Shown here: positions 1 to 11,306 of the stretch, piece by piece | How the letters are laid out: every line of letters begins with the position of its first letter | How positions within the stretch are numbered: the stretch's first letter is position 1 | Assembly: GCA_965603825.1 (NCBI GenBank) | Contig: CBFDEM010000054.1 | Location: 124,001-188,000, forward strand | DNA length: 64,000 bases | Direction of reading: 5' to 3' | Origin: Blepharisma stoltei ATCC 30299 | Lineage: Eukaryota > Protista > Ciliophora | Notes under the pieces: model-generated | Seen by the model: only the letters and a program-made list of their open reading frames with translations | What the model was told of the DNA's origin: nothing | Databases searched by the model: none | Position numbers and translations under genes: made by a program

Positions 1-2
1 AG

Positions 3-974
3 GAACCATTTGAAAGAAGTGACGTGAAATTGAAAAAATGTACCGATAAAAATGCATTCTTATGTGTAAGTGCAAAAATGACACAAATTCATGGAGAATT
101 AGTGTCAGCAGTTATTGATGATGACGAAAGATATGCAATTGAAACAAGTGTGATTAGTCCTAGGCCTGCTAATGGCCCAACAATAAGTGAATCTGAAAAA
201 ACGTCACCTGAGCATGCTTATGGGAAAAGCCAAAAAGACAAAGAAAAATCAAAAGAAAAATTCATGCAAAGACTAAAAAGGCTAAATACTATCACTAGTA
301 AAAGACAAGCTATGAACCCTGAAACTCCAACACAATCTGCACTTTTACCACAAGATTTTACAGACTCACCAATTGAAAAACAATATCAAAAGCCATCAGC
401 TTTTGAAGAAAATAAATCAATTGTATCACCTGCTGAAAATCAGTATCAAAAACCATCAGATTTTGAAGAAAATAAATCAATTGTATCACCAACTGGAAAT
501 CAGTATCAAAAACCATCAGATTTTGAAGCAAATAAATCACCTGTAAATGCTGTGGAAAGAAGAATTGAACCCGCCCCTGCTGATGATTGGCGAAGAGAAA
601 GCATGGACTTGGCTTTTGAGATTGCAAATGCTGTACTTAAATTTAATGAAGAAACTTCAGAAAATCAAAACAAAGAAACTGAGCAGCCTGAAAATTCGAG
701 AGATATTGAAAATGAAAGTCATAAAATTGTTAATCTTGAGCCAATTATTGATGTAAAACCTAAAGAAAGAACAGACAGCGAAAGTAGCGCTGAGGAGTCC
801 CCATTTCACGCTCCTGATAAAAAACTAGTAGCCAGTTTTACATTTCCTGCTACAGATTACAGAAAAGTGCAGGCTAATTCTACAAGCAAGTCAAATGAAA
901 TTGCTAAAAAAGAAGCAAAATCTGGTCTGACAGAAAATAAAAGATCAGCATGCAGTGGCTGTATTTTATTTTAA
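3..974 (+). CDS. Hypothetical low-complexity protein, 5'-truncated by the window edge, with a C-terminal CaaX-like motif
   Basis: Frame is open from position 3 to TAA at 972-974. Ends ...SACSGCILF (CaaX-like with upstream Cys). Contains 20-aa repeats. Confidence 0.75.
   Translation, partial: EPFERSDVKLKKCTDKNAFLCVSAKMTQIHGELVSAVIDDDERYAIETSVISPRPANGPTISESEKTSPEHAYGKSQKDKEKSKEKFMQRLKRLNTITSKRQAMNPETPTQSALLPQDFTDSPIEKQYQKPSAFEENKSIVSPAENQYQKPSDFEENKSIVSPTGNQYQKPSDFEANKSPVNAVERRIEPAPADDWRRESMDLAFEIANAVLKFNEETSENQNKETEQPENSRDIENESHKIVNLEPIIDVKPKERTDSESSAEESPFHAPDKKLVASFTFPATDYRKVQANSTSKSNEIAKKEAKSGLTENKRSACSGCILF
381..545 (+). repeat. 60-bp coding tandem repeat, about 2.7 copies
   Basis: Units start at 381, 441 and 501 and encode QYQKPS(A/D)FE(E/A)NKS(I/P)V... 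Confidence 0.9.
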
Positions 975-1085
975 GAAAAATTAATATAAATAGAAATTTG
1001 CAATAGTAAATTTTATAGGACTTTTTTAAATTTTTATATTTAAAGCGTTTGCATATGGCTTTTCTTTTTCAGCTGAGGCCTTAAA

Positions 1086-4000
1086 ATGGATATTAACACA
1101 CTAAAAATGTCTGAGATCTATAGCAGAGTGGCACAGCTTCTCTCACTAACGTATTCAGGCATGCCTGACCAAATAAAGCCAGCTGAAGATGAGCTTAAAA
1201 TCATAAGCCAAGATACACAAGGATTCCTGCAATGCTTATTAGCCATAATCCAAGCTCCAGAATCTCATCAATTACTTAGATCTGCTTCAGCTACAAGATT
1301 TCGCCATTTAATAAGGGAATCTATTACAGCTGGAAAATTATCAGTCGAGACTCGTTCTTGGCTGGTCGAAGCTATTTTTCAAACGCTCATATCTCCCTAC
1401 ACAGATCGTAGCTCACGAGGAGTCTTAAACTTTGCCTTAAACCCTATCCTTGGTGAAGACGGACTCGGAGTATTCACAAATAGACTTGCATCTTTAGCAA
1501 TTACCGGACTAAGTGGTGAAGGAACCCAAATCCAAGGCAGCTTGTTGGTAATAAAATCAATTTTCAGCAGCATGACTCCACAATTCCAATCTGCAGACTA
1601 TTCAAAGATACTGATACCTCACCTTGTAGAAGTCGGCAAAAAAGGGCTTTACATGATTTCTTCAGGCCTGCAGAGTACCAATGAGCCACTTATTACTGAA
1701 GGAATAAATATTTTAGAAGACTGGACGTCAAGCTTAAGACAAATCCTGGAACATTTTGAAGTTACGTCTACAAAAAACATAAAAGACCTGTCAGAACAAA
1801 GTGAAATTGCTTTATTGTTTTCAAATATCATTAATTTCGCAATCCCTGACTACCAGGTACAAAATTCCATTATAAATATCACAGAAACCCCTATCACCAA
1901 GCCTATGAACAATATAAAAGTGAATATTTTAAAAAGCCTCAACATAATTATCCAATATTTAATTGATTTCAAGAAAAAAAATATAGAAGAACAAGGGAAT
2001 TTCCCCCTTATAACTGTAATAGGGACTGATCTGCCTGATTCCCCATTTTTATCCTGTGCACTAAGCATAACTGAGCCGCTAATTATATCAATACTATCAA
2101 TATCCACACATGCAGAAATTGAAGCTTTCCTGGCAAGGGATTTTATTACAGAATTAATGATAGAAACCTTAAGTTTTTTCCACAAGGTCGGCTATGAAAG
2201 GCGATTTTATACGATTTTTTCTCAATATCACCGACAATTAATAGTAAATGTATGTTTCCAGTTTATAAGGATTTATGAAAAAGATAAAGAACTTTTTATG
2301 ACAGACCCAGAAGAATTTGCGGCAAGCACACAAGATATGTGTGAGCGGCAAGAGTCAGAAACCACCAAAACGACGTCAGCGCAGCTGCTAGAAACGCTTT
2401 GTGACGCTATTGATGGCGCCCTTGCGTTTACAGCTTATTTTGTCCAGCAAATCACAGATATGATTTTATCTGGGAAAGGGAGAGAAGGGATTATGGATTA
2501 TAATATAATCAGAGACTTCACTGATTTTCCCTTTATGAGCTTAGATGAGGAAACCAAAATAGAAACCTCCTTTATGGTCCTCAGTATCCTATCATTTCCT
2601 ATATTACGTAGAAAAGATATATTGAACTCTATCGAGGATTTATTGGTAAATCACATGGAAAGACTGTTTTCGACCACGTCAGGGATCATCCAGAGCAGGA
2701 TTTGTTTGTTTTTTTATTTTTATTCAGACAGTATTTTTATTGAAAGATCTCACCATTTCCAGACTTGTATGAATTTTTTAATCAGCTGTATTTCTCCGAA
2801 TTGCCATAAAGCGGTTAATATTCAGGCTTGTGAAACTTTTTCGTTTATGATGCAAGATGAAGAAATTTTATTTAGGTTTGAGCCTTTTATAGATGAAGTC
2901 ATTGATAAAATAATACAGGGGATTGAAAACCAGACTGAAAAAAACTTTTTTGAAGCACTGGTAGAGATGACACAAAATTTCAGTGACGCTTTGGCAAGAA
3001 AAATAATCCCATTAATAGCTGGGATTGTAAAAAAAATCCAAATTGAGACACAAAATTTGGTTATGGGGAATAAAAAAGAAACAATTATTTTGCTTAAGCT
3101 TTGGAATGTCATAAGGACACTCATTATGTCTCCTTCAATAGAAAAAGCTCAGCTAGTAGAATTTGAAAAACATTTGGCCCCGATTTTAAGCTATTTGCAG
3201 ATTCCTCACCAAATTACCTTTGTGGATGATATTATTAATGTTGTGGTCTGCATAATGAAAAAAACAAAAAATGTGACTGATATTGAATGGGAAATTTTCA
3301 GCAAACTGCCTGAAATTCAAGCAAGCCAAGACAACTCTTTGCAGTGCTTATTTAAGCTGCTGAATTTATATCTAATGTACGGAAAAGACCACCTTCAAGA
3401 ATTCCCTCAAAAATTGGCAGTAGTTTTAGATATGGCTGGAAAAGCCATGTTTGCTACTTATAAAGGAAAAACCAGAGAAAGTGTAAACTCTGAAGGGGCG
3501 ATTTTATACCAGCTGGCTCTTTATAACTATGCTGGCTACATCGACCACCAACTTAACCAAATATTTTCCAACGCAATCGTAAGGTACCTTCAAGGCACAA
3601 CCCAAAGCTTTTTCAAGGTCAGGCTTCTCGGCATTATTTTGGCAGGTTTTACATATAATACAAATTTAGCCTGCTCTATCCTATCCCAGCAGTCAACTGA
3701 CACAGGAATCACTTATCTTCGCTTTGTCCTGCTCCAAATAATCAATAATTCCACTCTTTTTGTGCATTCTTATGACAAACGTGTCGCAGTCATCGGTCTC
3801 TGCTCCATAATTTCTTTATCAGAGCTCCCAAATGATATAGCTGAGTCCATAAGCCAAATTTTTGAAGCCTTAATTGTAATCCTCAGTCAAAAAATGGAAG
3901 ACAAAGGCTCAAAAGAAAAAACCAAAGCAATGGACGCCCTAATAGAGCAGCTTTTTAAGTCTGACGAAGAAGACGATTTTGATAATGAAATTATCGTCAA

Positions 4001-4310
4001 AGGGACCAAACTTTTATATGGAGAAAGCGGGGCTGACGCTTTATCTAAAACAGAAGAAAATGAGGCTAATTTATTATTAAGCCAAATTAATACGCCAATA
4101 CAAATTATAGACGAATATGAATATTTCAGAGGAACTTTGGCGACTATTAAGTCAAAAAACCAAGAAAACGTAAAAAGACTGTTCGCAGGGCTGAGCCCAC
4201 AAAGAAGGGAGCAGCTACTTGAAATCATGCAGTCCCAAAGGGTACAAGTGAACGACCTGCCAGGCGAAAACACCATTGTGAGAAAAATAGTTAAAGCTAA
4301 GCATAGGTAG
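1086..4310 (+). CDS. Importin-beta family karyopherin (importin-7/8-like, HEAT repeats)
   Basis: 1074-aa helical ORF with an N-terminal IBN_N-like segment (AEDELK...LRSASAT.F), ELFMTDPEEF, HSYDKRVAVIGL and an acidic loop near the C-terminus. TAG stop. Confidence 0.75.
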   Translation: MDINTLKMSEIYSRVAQLLSLTYSGMPDQIKPAEDELKIISQDTQGFLQCLLAIIQAPESHQLLRSASATRFRHLIRESITAGKLSVETRSWLVEAIFQTLISPYTDRSSRGVLNFALNPILGEDGLGVFTNRLASLAITGLSGEGTQIQGSLLVIKSIFSSMTPQFQSADYSKILIPHLVEVGKKGLYMISSGLQSTNEPLITEGINILEDWTSSLRQILEHFEVTSTKNIKDLSEQSEIALLFSNIINFAIPDYQVQNSIINITETPITKPMNNIKVNILKSLNIIIQYLIDFKKKNIEEQGNFPLITVIGTDLPDSPFLSCALSITEPLIISILSISTHAEIEAFLARDFITELMIETLSFFHKVGYERRFYTIFSQYHRQLIVNVCFQFIRIYEKDKELFMTDPEEFAASTQDMCERQESETTKTTSAQLLETLCDAIDGALAFTAYFVQQITDMILSGKGREGIMDYNIIRDFTDFPFMSLDEETKIETSFMVLSILSFPILRRKDILNSIEDLLVNHMERLFSTTSGIIQSRICLFFYFYSDSIFIERSHHFQTCMNFLISCISPNCHKAVNIQACETFSFMMQDEEILFRFEPFIDEVIDKIIQGIENQTEKNFFEALVEMTQNFSDALARKIIPLIAGIVKKIQIETQNLVMGNKKETIILLKLWNVIRTLIMSPSIEKAQLVEFEKHLAPILSYLQIPHQITFVDDIINVVVCIMKKTKNVTDIEWEIFSKLPEIQASQDNSLQCLFKLLNLYLMYGKDHLQEFPQKLAVVLDMAGKAMFATYKGKTRESVNSEGAILYQLALYNYAGYIDHQLNQIFSNAIVRYLQGTTQSFFKVRLLGIILAGFTYNTNLACSILSQQSTDTGITYLRFVLLQIINNSTLFVHSYDKRVAVIGLCSIISLSELPNDIAESISQIFEALIVILSQKMEDKGSKEKTKAMDALIEQLFKSDEEDDFDNEIIVKGTKLLYGESGADALSKTEENEANLLLSQINTPIQIIDEYEYFRGTLATIKSKNQENVKRLFAGLSPQRREQLLEIMQSQRVQVNDLPGENTIVRKIVKAKHR

Positions 4311-4313
4311 TAA

Positions 4314-5414
4314 CTATATATTTTCTTTATTTTTAACAATTCGGGGTATTTCCCACACTCGATAGCTTTCCGGGAGCTTTTCGCAGCAGTATTGGTATAG
4401 GTTTCCTACAAATCCTTTGCTGAAAGGACTTTGGCTGCCTTCCGGCCAGTTTTTTAAATAGGAAATTTTGCTTCAAGACATGATTTCCCAAGTAGTTACA
4501 TTGTGCAGGGCAAGATAGCTGTGAAAGCCTAATAAACAAGTAACCATCAGTGTGAAAAACAATAGTACAATCATAAGCAAAAGTCTAAGCCAATTCTCCA
4601 CAAGCCAATATATAACAGAAGAGCTTGACTCAAAACTGAGAATATTCTAAATAACTTATACCCAAATATTAGCCCACCACAGCTGTATACATTGGACAAC
4701 TAAATATCAGTAAAAATAAAACCTGTTTTTCTCTCCTACACAAACGCCTAGCCATGGACAATGATGGTCATGCAAAGCTACACATCTTCGGCACTCTTTA
4801 CAATGTTTTGCGCGGATAGGCTGCTCTAGGTTGCAGACCGTGCAAAATCTGGTTTCTACTATAATAATATCCTCTGATGGTTCAATTTTTATGATGCTTT
4901 CATTGTCTCTGTCTCGCTGTGTTTCTATTTCTTCTTCATGGATTTCTTGAGGGTAAGAGTTGATCTCTTGATCTCCATTATTGTGAGGCTCTTTTGGACG
5001 ATCACTATCTTGGATTGTTGACAAGCACTTTTCAGGCTTTGCTAATAAGTCCTGGGGATTTTCTTCATTGAGAGCAATAAAGGATAGCCCAGATGTAGGA
5101 TTTCCGAATGTTTTTTTGCATTCTTTCACTTCTATTGAAAAATCTTGAGAAGCCTGCTCGATGGTTTTGGCGTTGTTTTTGTCTAGGTTTGTATTTGTTA
5201 TTGGGTAGTTGATAAAGCCAGGGTTTTTCAAGCTTGTTAAGGAGTATAAGAAAACTTTTAGAATAGAAATAATCCAGAATGAAATAGTATCGACCGATTC
5301 TAAGTCTGCGAAATATTCACTGCTAAAAAAAAGTGCAAAAAGCATTGTCATATCAAATAGCAACATCAGGACCGGGGTTTTTATTCCTTAATAAGTCTTA
5401 CTTCTAAGTTCCAT
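4314..5414 (-). CDS. DHHC palmitoyltransferase, 356 aa, 2 introns, TGA=Trp
   Basis: FCTVC...[30 protein letters not shown] and a downstream NVTTWE motif. Exons 5414-5402, 5386-4662 and 4646-4314 total 1071 nt. Confidence 0.92.
4647..4661 (-). other. 15-nt spliceosomal intron
   Basis: GTATAAGTTATTTAG. Carries an in-frame TAA; removal restores the DHHC frame. Confidence 0.9.
5387..5401 (-). other. 15-nt spliceosomal intron
   Basis: GTAAGACTTATTAAG. Carries an in-frame TAA; removal links ATG 5414 to the ORF. Confidence 0.8.
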
Positions 5415-5495
5415 AATTCTTTTACAAAAATTAAATTAATTGTAAGTTTTCAATAGAACTAGGTTTATTAGTCGTTAAATTGTTTTTAGTCATGG

Positions 5496-5957
5496 TTACT
5501 CTTCTACACCTATTTTATCTTCAAAAAGATATTTAGTATGCTTTCCCATAGCTACAAGCCGCTGCCTGATCCAAATTTCAGCAGAGGTAAATGCCAATGT
5601 CTTGCCAACTTTATTGCACTCAGCAATAATGGTGAGCTCTTCTCCAACTAAAGCAGCAGAAATATAAGTAACTGATAAATCAACGCTTACTGTTCTGCGC
5701 CCATCTCGGTCAGCTGCAAAAATAGCCCACGTCGTAAATTGGTCAATAGCTGTAGCAATAGCACCGCCGTGCATTGGTCCGAAAGTATTCGAGAATTCTT
5801 GCAAAACAGGGAGCTTAACTACAAGTTTTGTGGATTCTGGGCCTTTTTCTGCACTCTCAATTCTTGCATGCTGAATCATTAACTTGTCAAAGAACATAGG
5901 TGGCGTAGTCTTGCTTTGGAGAAATGTGGCAAGCTTTTGCACTTTTGCTAGGGCCAT
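5496..5957 (-). CDS. Hotdog-fold acyl-CoA thioesterase (ACOT13/PaaI-like)
   Basis: NTFGPMHGGAIATAID, VSVDLSVTYISAA and KVGKTLAFTSAEI motifs. Confidence 0.9.
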   Translation of the reverse strand: MALAKVQKLATFLQSKTTPPMFFDKLMIQHARIESAEKGPESTKLVVKLPVLQEFSNTFGPMHGGAIATAIDQFTTWAIFAADRDGRRTVSVDLSVTYISAALVGEELTIIAECNKVGKTLAFTSAEIWIRQRLVAMGKHTKYLFEDKIGVEE

Positions 5958-6031
5958 TTATTGATTTATAATAGCAACTTTTAACTCAACCATTTATTTA
6001 CCTTTTAAATTAATATCTTATATCCATTTTT

Positions 6032-6988
6032 CTATTCAAAGACCTCAATAAATGACCCGATTTCAGACATACGGACAACATCCACATGACTGGGTATCTG
6101 CCTTGTCAACAAATTGTATCCTCCAATCAGCAAAATTTCTTCATTGTCTTTAACTATCATATTTCCACAGAATCTTGGAGTTTTTTTCTCGTGGATTCTT
6201 CCCCATTTATTATCTTCAAAAGAATACACAAAGAATTGATTATACATTTTGCTGCTGCCATCAAAGCCGCCATATACGACCATTCTGTCATTTCATATCC
6301 CTGCTGAGTGTCCACAAAATTTCATTTCAACACCTTCATCCATAAATTTCCCTAAGCTTTGCCATTCCCAACTATCCAGAGAAAGTTTAAAAAGTTCAGC
6401 AGACGGTTCTCCATTATCTCTGATCCCTCCAAATACATACATATTTCTTTTATGCAAAACTGCAGTATGCATGAACACTTTTGGATGATTTCCTGTAGTT
6501 CTCTGTAAGAAAAACTCTCTATTTTCTAATTATGATATACCAAGGTTCAAAATAAGTAAATCGTCAACAATATCTTGAGGAATCAGCCCTCCATAAACCA
6601 AAGCCATTTTTAGCTCTTGACTATAAACACAGCTTGCCGAGTGCCGTGATGGAAATCGGCCTTCTTCAATATAATTTTCTCATTGCAAATCATCTACATT
6701 AATTCTAAGCCAACTCCCATATATTTTGCTTTCTGTCGTTTTGGACTCTTCCTGACCTCCATAAGTATAAATCCAGCCATTTGTAATAAAACCGCAATGA
6801 CTTGCACGCTGAGGAAAAAGGTCAAGATTACTAGCCATCAAGCGAGTCCATGTGTCTGTATAACGATGAATTAAAGACGAATGAGAGCCATCTGGCTTGA
6901 CTCCTCCTATTTCTTAATTACCTATCACATATATATGATCTCCTTCAATTAAGGATAAGGAGCTTGCATATTGAGGAACTTGTTCCAT
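6032..6988 (-). CDS. Kelch-repeat protein, 308 aa, 2 introns
   Basis: Repeated H...(I/V)(Y/F)GG kelch units. Exons 6988-6922, 6906-6541 and 6525-6032 total 927 nt. Two TGA read as Trp. Confidence 0.88.
6526..6540 (-). other. 15-nt spliceosomal intron
   Basis: GTATATCATAATTAG, in-frame TAA. Confidence 0.88.
6907..6921 (-). other. 15-nt spliceosomal intron
   Basis: GTAATTAAGAAATAG. Removal restores the kelch IYVIGG motif. Confidence 0.9.
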
Positions 6989-7006
6989 TTTATATAAAAA
7001 TAAAAA

Positions 7007-7936
7007 TTATTTTAAATTCGCAATAGCGTTTCTGGCCTCTAGGCCTTTACATGATTTGCCAAATGCACCGTGTCGACCGTAGTGAGACCCGTGTTCTGTT
7101 ATGCTAAGCTGCTGGCCACATAGGTAACAAAAATGGACATTTCCTCGGCAGACTTTTCATCTGCAGGTCACAAAGTTGCAGCCTCCGACCTTCATGACGC
7201 CTTCTCCACATTTTGGACAGTTTGTGACGCCTTGGATTGCGACAATTAGGTTGCATTTAGACTTGGGATGATAGGTGTAGCATCTGAAACAAAATAATTT
7301 CATACAGAAAGGACAGCGGCTTTCGAGTTCTTCTTTGTTTATTGTGAAGCCTTCTTGGCAGAATGGGCAAATTATTAGTTTTTCTCCTTCGTATTCAAAA
7401 GAGAGCATTTTTATTCGATTTTGTTCATATAGCTCGCTTACTTGGGGCTCAATATTTAAAGTAATATCTTGCTCATTAAGTGGCTTTTTGCAATCTGGAC
7501 AATTAATAGACGACTGATCATTTCCTCTAATTTTTTCAGTTATGTACATGTTAAGACATTGTCTACAAAACACATCGCCACATTTCAAAGTGTATCCATT
7601 TGCTGGTATTTGGAGAGTAAAACAGATTGGACATTGAAAGTTTACAAGCGGCTGCTTAGATTTGAGTATGCTCTCAATTGTGAGTGTTCAGCAAGGCTCG
7701 GGAGCTTGTATAGTTTTTTTGGAGAGGATATACTTGACTAGCTTTTTAGGTATTAATGTTCTGCAATATAAGCAGGGAATTTGGGAAATTTCAAGCGATT
7801 CTACACTGATGCACCTGATAAAGTAAGTAAAAAGGCAGGACTCACAGCCGCCATGTGAAGAGCACCCAAGAGGATAAGTTTTGCAACGTTTTTTGCAAAA
7901 ATAGCAGTCAAATTTTCGGCTTGGTTTGCATCCCAT
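7007..7936 (-). CDS. RBR (RING-IBR-RING) E3 ubiquitin ligase, 309 aa
   Basis: Track ORFs 7688-7936 and 7157-7588 share a frame through TGA. RING1 CPIC..CGDVFCRQC..CPDC, an IBR, and RING2 CPKC..KVGGCNFVTC..HFCYLC; extra N-terminal RING-like Cys cluster. Confidence 0.88.
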
Positions 7937-8691
7937 TTAATAATTATAAAATCCTATAGTTAAATTTAAATAGATATTATATAAAATTTCAATTCAAGTT
8001 TGCTATTATCTGCTAATTTAATTAATAAATAACCATAGAAGTTTAAAATTAAAAGTTTACTATTATTTTCAAAAATATTTTTATTATTACCTTCCACTAT
8101 GTAAGATGAGCTAATATGTGTATTTGTGCCACATTGACAAAGAAATAATAATATAATGAGGATCGAGTTATAATTAATTGAAATTGGAAAGCAGCCTTAT
8201 TGCTCATTTATAAGAACGAGCTAGAGATGATGAGTATTGAGTAAAGCTTTCTAAATAAAATTTTCAGACCCGCTTAGCAGTTTTATATGTATTGACAAAC
8301 TTACTGGCCTATGAAGGAGAGCTTATTATAATTGTTTTTATTATTATTAATTAAGGTTATCGCTCCCAAGGGAGTCAATCTCTCTTATTTTCGCATCCCA
8401 ATAAACTCTCGTATCTTTTGATTTATAACTCCTATTTTTTTCAGTATTTTTCCTTCTCAAATCTCCATTCACATAAAACTATCTCAGTAGCTTATATAAT
8501 TAATCTTCTTATAGAAATGTTTCCAAATAATAAGCAAAATTCTTATTTACAACCAGAAGAAGTTACCCTAATTTTTAAATATAAATCCATACCTCCTTAT
8601 TAATTCCTCTTCATTTATTTTCTTTCAAAAACTTCTGACACCTTTTTCGAGTTTCTCAAAACAGTTAACATTGACCATTTTAATAACTATC

Positions 8692-10677
8692 ATGAGGCGC
8701 GGAACAACAAGAAAACTCAGTAAGTTTGGAGCGGCCCCTCGCAACCGTCTAAAAGAGGAATCTCGGCAAGAAGAAAGCTCTGCCCCAGAGGACGATCTCA
8801 TCAGTGAAGCCGCTCAAGGCTTAAAAGGCTTTGACGACATTCCTCGTTTAAGCGAAAAAGACCTTGACCAAGACATTGAGCGCATTCTGACCCCTTCAAA
8901 CCCTCAAGCTTCCCAAAACATAGCCTACTTTTCCTATAAAGATCGGCAATTCAAAAGAGACGATTTAGTTGACCAAATGATCATCCACTTCGCGCAAGAT
9001 GGTTTTTTCTTATTAAAAGACACTAATGAAGCCCACGACCAAGAAGAATTTATCGATTCCAAAAATCTTGAAGCAGAAACCCAAATAAAAGCGTCGTCTG
9101 TTGATATAGGGACAGTCCAGTTAACACCTGAAGCGTTACTTAAATCATTGAGAAACCAGTTCAATTATGCGGAAAGAACTGCACAGTCTTTTTCTATTCC
9201 TATAAAGGAAAGGGGTATTTCGACTGAGCCGCCTCCAACCAGAAGTTTTTCTGGAACGGTTACTCAGTGGGATATATATGACAACTTTATGGCTGAGCTT
9301 GATAAGAAAAGACAGACTGAACATGCAGAAAAAGAAAAGGAGAAAGAAAAAGAGACAAAAAAGACGTCGAAAAAAAGAGAAAGAAGAGAGGACCCGATGT
9401 ATTCAAATGAGATGAGCTATGCGCTAAAAATTATGGAGAGAATGGTGAACCAAAACGATTTGCAAAATACTTATCATATTTATAAATACTTTGATGGAAA
9501 TGCAGATAACCATAGGACAAGTGAAGGGTCTTTAAGCGATTTGTGGATTTTTGGGTCAGAAAAGACAAAGAAAAAAGAAGTCACGTCACTTGTGTGGAAT
9601 CCGAGGTATCATGATATGTTTGCGGTTGGATATGGGTCGTATAGCTTTATGAAGAAATCGACAGGGCTTATTTGTTGTTATTCTTTGAAAAATACCAGGT
9701 ATCCTGAGTATTTTTTCACAACTCAGCATGGAGTTATGTGTCTAGATTGGCACCCTCAGCACCCTGCCTTGCTAGCAGTCGGGCTTTATGATGGAACTGT
9801 ACTAGTATTTGATGTAAGAGCTAAACATAAAAAACCAATTTACCAAAGCACAGTAAGGACAAATAAACATACAGATCCAGTGTGGCAGGTTAAATGGCAG
9901 GACGATGATATGATGAAAAATTTGAGCTTTTTTTCGATATCGAGTGATGGGAGAGTTACAAATTGGGTTCTGATGAAAAGCAAGCTTGAAGCAGAAGAGG
10001 TCATTAAATTAAAGCTTGTCAGCGGCCAAAGAGAAGGTGAGGAAGATATGGAGACTACTTTAAGTGGGCTTGCTGGAGGCACTTGCTTTGATTTTAATCC
10101 ATTTTTCGAACACTTGTTTATTGTTGGGACTGAGGAAGGAAAAATCCACAAATGCAATAAAGCTTATTCAGGGCAATATTTAGACACTTATGATGGCCAT
10201 TTTATGGCAGTTTATAGTGTCAAATGGAACAAATTCCACCCCAAAATCTTTTTAAGCGCCAGTGCAGATTGAACTGTAAAAATGTGGGACCATACCATTA
10301 AAGCTCCCCTCCTCACCTTTGACTTAGGCATTGCAGTCGGCGACGTCGCCTGGGCTCCTTATTCTTCTACTCTTTTTGCCGCCATAACCGCAGACTCAAA
10401 ATGCCACATTTACGATCTCGCCCAAGAAAGACTCTCAGAAATCTGCGACAAAAGAGTAAAAAACGGAAAATGCAACCACATTGCCTTTAACCCAAGTCAA
10501 TTTATTATCCTTGTTGGGACAGACCGTGGGACTGTTTATTCCTTTAAACTTTCTCCAAATTTAAGAAAAACTGAACAACTAAGCCAAGAAGACATAGCAG
10601 CTGGAGTCACCCAAAGGACAAAAGAAGTAAAGAAATTAGAAGAAATAATGGAAGCAATAGATAGAACCGTTTATTAA
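8692..10677 (+). CDS. DNAI1: Outer-arm dynein intermediate chain (DNAI1/IC78-like, WD40)
   Basis: LRNQFNYAER.AQ, KIMERMVNQN, KHTDPVWQV.W, VGTEEGKIHKC and SASAD[TGA=W]TVKMW. Confidence 0.93.
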
Positions 10678-10719
10678 TCTAATTTTTCTCCTGAAATTAA
10701 CTATTAATTAAAGAAATTT

Positions 10720-11268
10720 TTAATAATCCCAATTAAGTACATATCTCACGAAATTTTCCCAAAAAGAGGCATATCTTCTAGGTGTTTTCTTAATAAACTG
10801 CGACGTGTGAATTACTTCTTCTAAAGGGTTAGGATACGGTATCCTGTCTTGCTGTGTAATTATATCGCTTCTGACTGGCTTCACCCCAATCATTGTGTTG
10901 TCCACCACTACTTGTCCATTATGAACAAGTGCTTTTATTGCGTCTTCGCTGTTTTTGAACCGAATAGTCATCCAATTGCCTTTCCCAGGCCTGATTTCTT
11001 CAATATCTCCAATGATTTTGAATTTCCTTATGACTTGGTCTTTTAAATCCAAAGGGAAACCAAAAACAATTATAGAGTTATCTGGGTCGTCGTATGAAGG
11101 TGGAGGGGATTTCGTTTGAGTGTGTGGCTGGAACATTGAAGATCGTGACGGTGGTGGCTGAAGCCTTGCTCGTGAAGGTGGAGGAGTTGTAGAACGGGTG
11201 AAGGTTCGGAGGACTGCAGGAGTCTCAAACATAGAGGGAGAGAGGAATTCTTCCCGGCTTTTATTCAT
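10720..11268 (-). CDS. NUP35: Nucleoporin Nup35/Nup53-like
   Basis: Atypical RRM (IIVFGFP...GNWMTIRF...ALVHNG...MIGVKPV) plus a C-terminal amphipathic helix FWENFVRYVLNW. Confidence 0.85.
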   Translation of the reverse strand: MNKSREEFLSPSMFETPAVLRTFTRSTTPPPSRARLQPPPSRSSMFQPHTQTKSPPPSYDDPDNSIIVFGFPLDLKDQVIRKFKIIGDIEEIRPGKGNWMTIRFKNSEDAIKALVHNGQVVVDNTMIGVKPVRSDIITQQDRIPYPNPLEEVIHTSQFIKKTPRRYASFWENFVRYVLNWDY

Positions 11269-11306
11269 TGTTAGAATAAAATGATAATTTATTTAAGAAT
11301 TAAAAT

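Noticed and set aside
8297-8309. U1 snRNA-like AAACTTACTGGCC and nearby hairpins in 8090-8420
   Set aside because: It lacks the full ACTTACCTG, the U1-70K loop and an Sm site, and the nearby ATGATGA has no matching box D.
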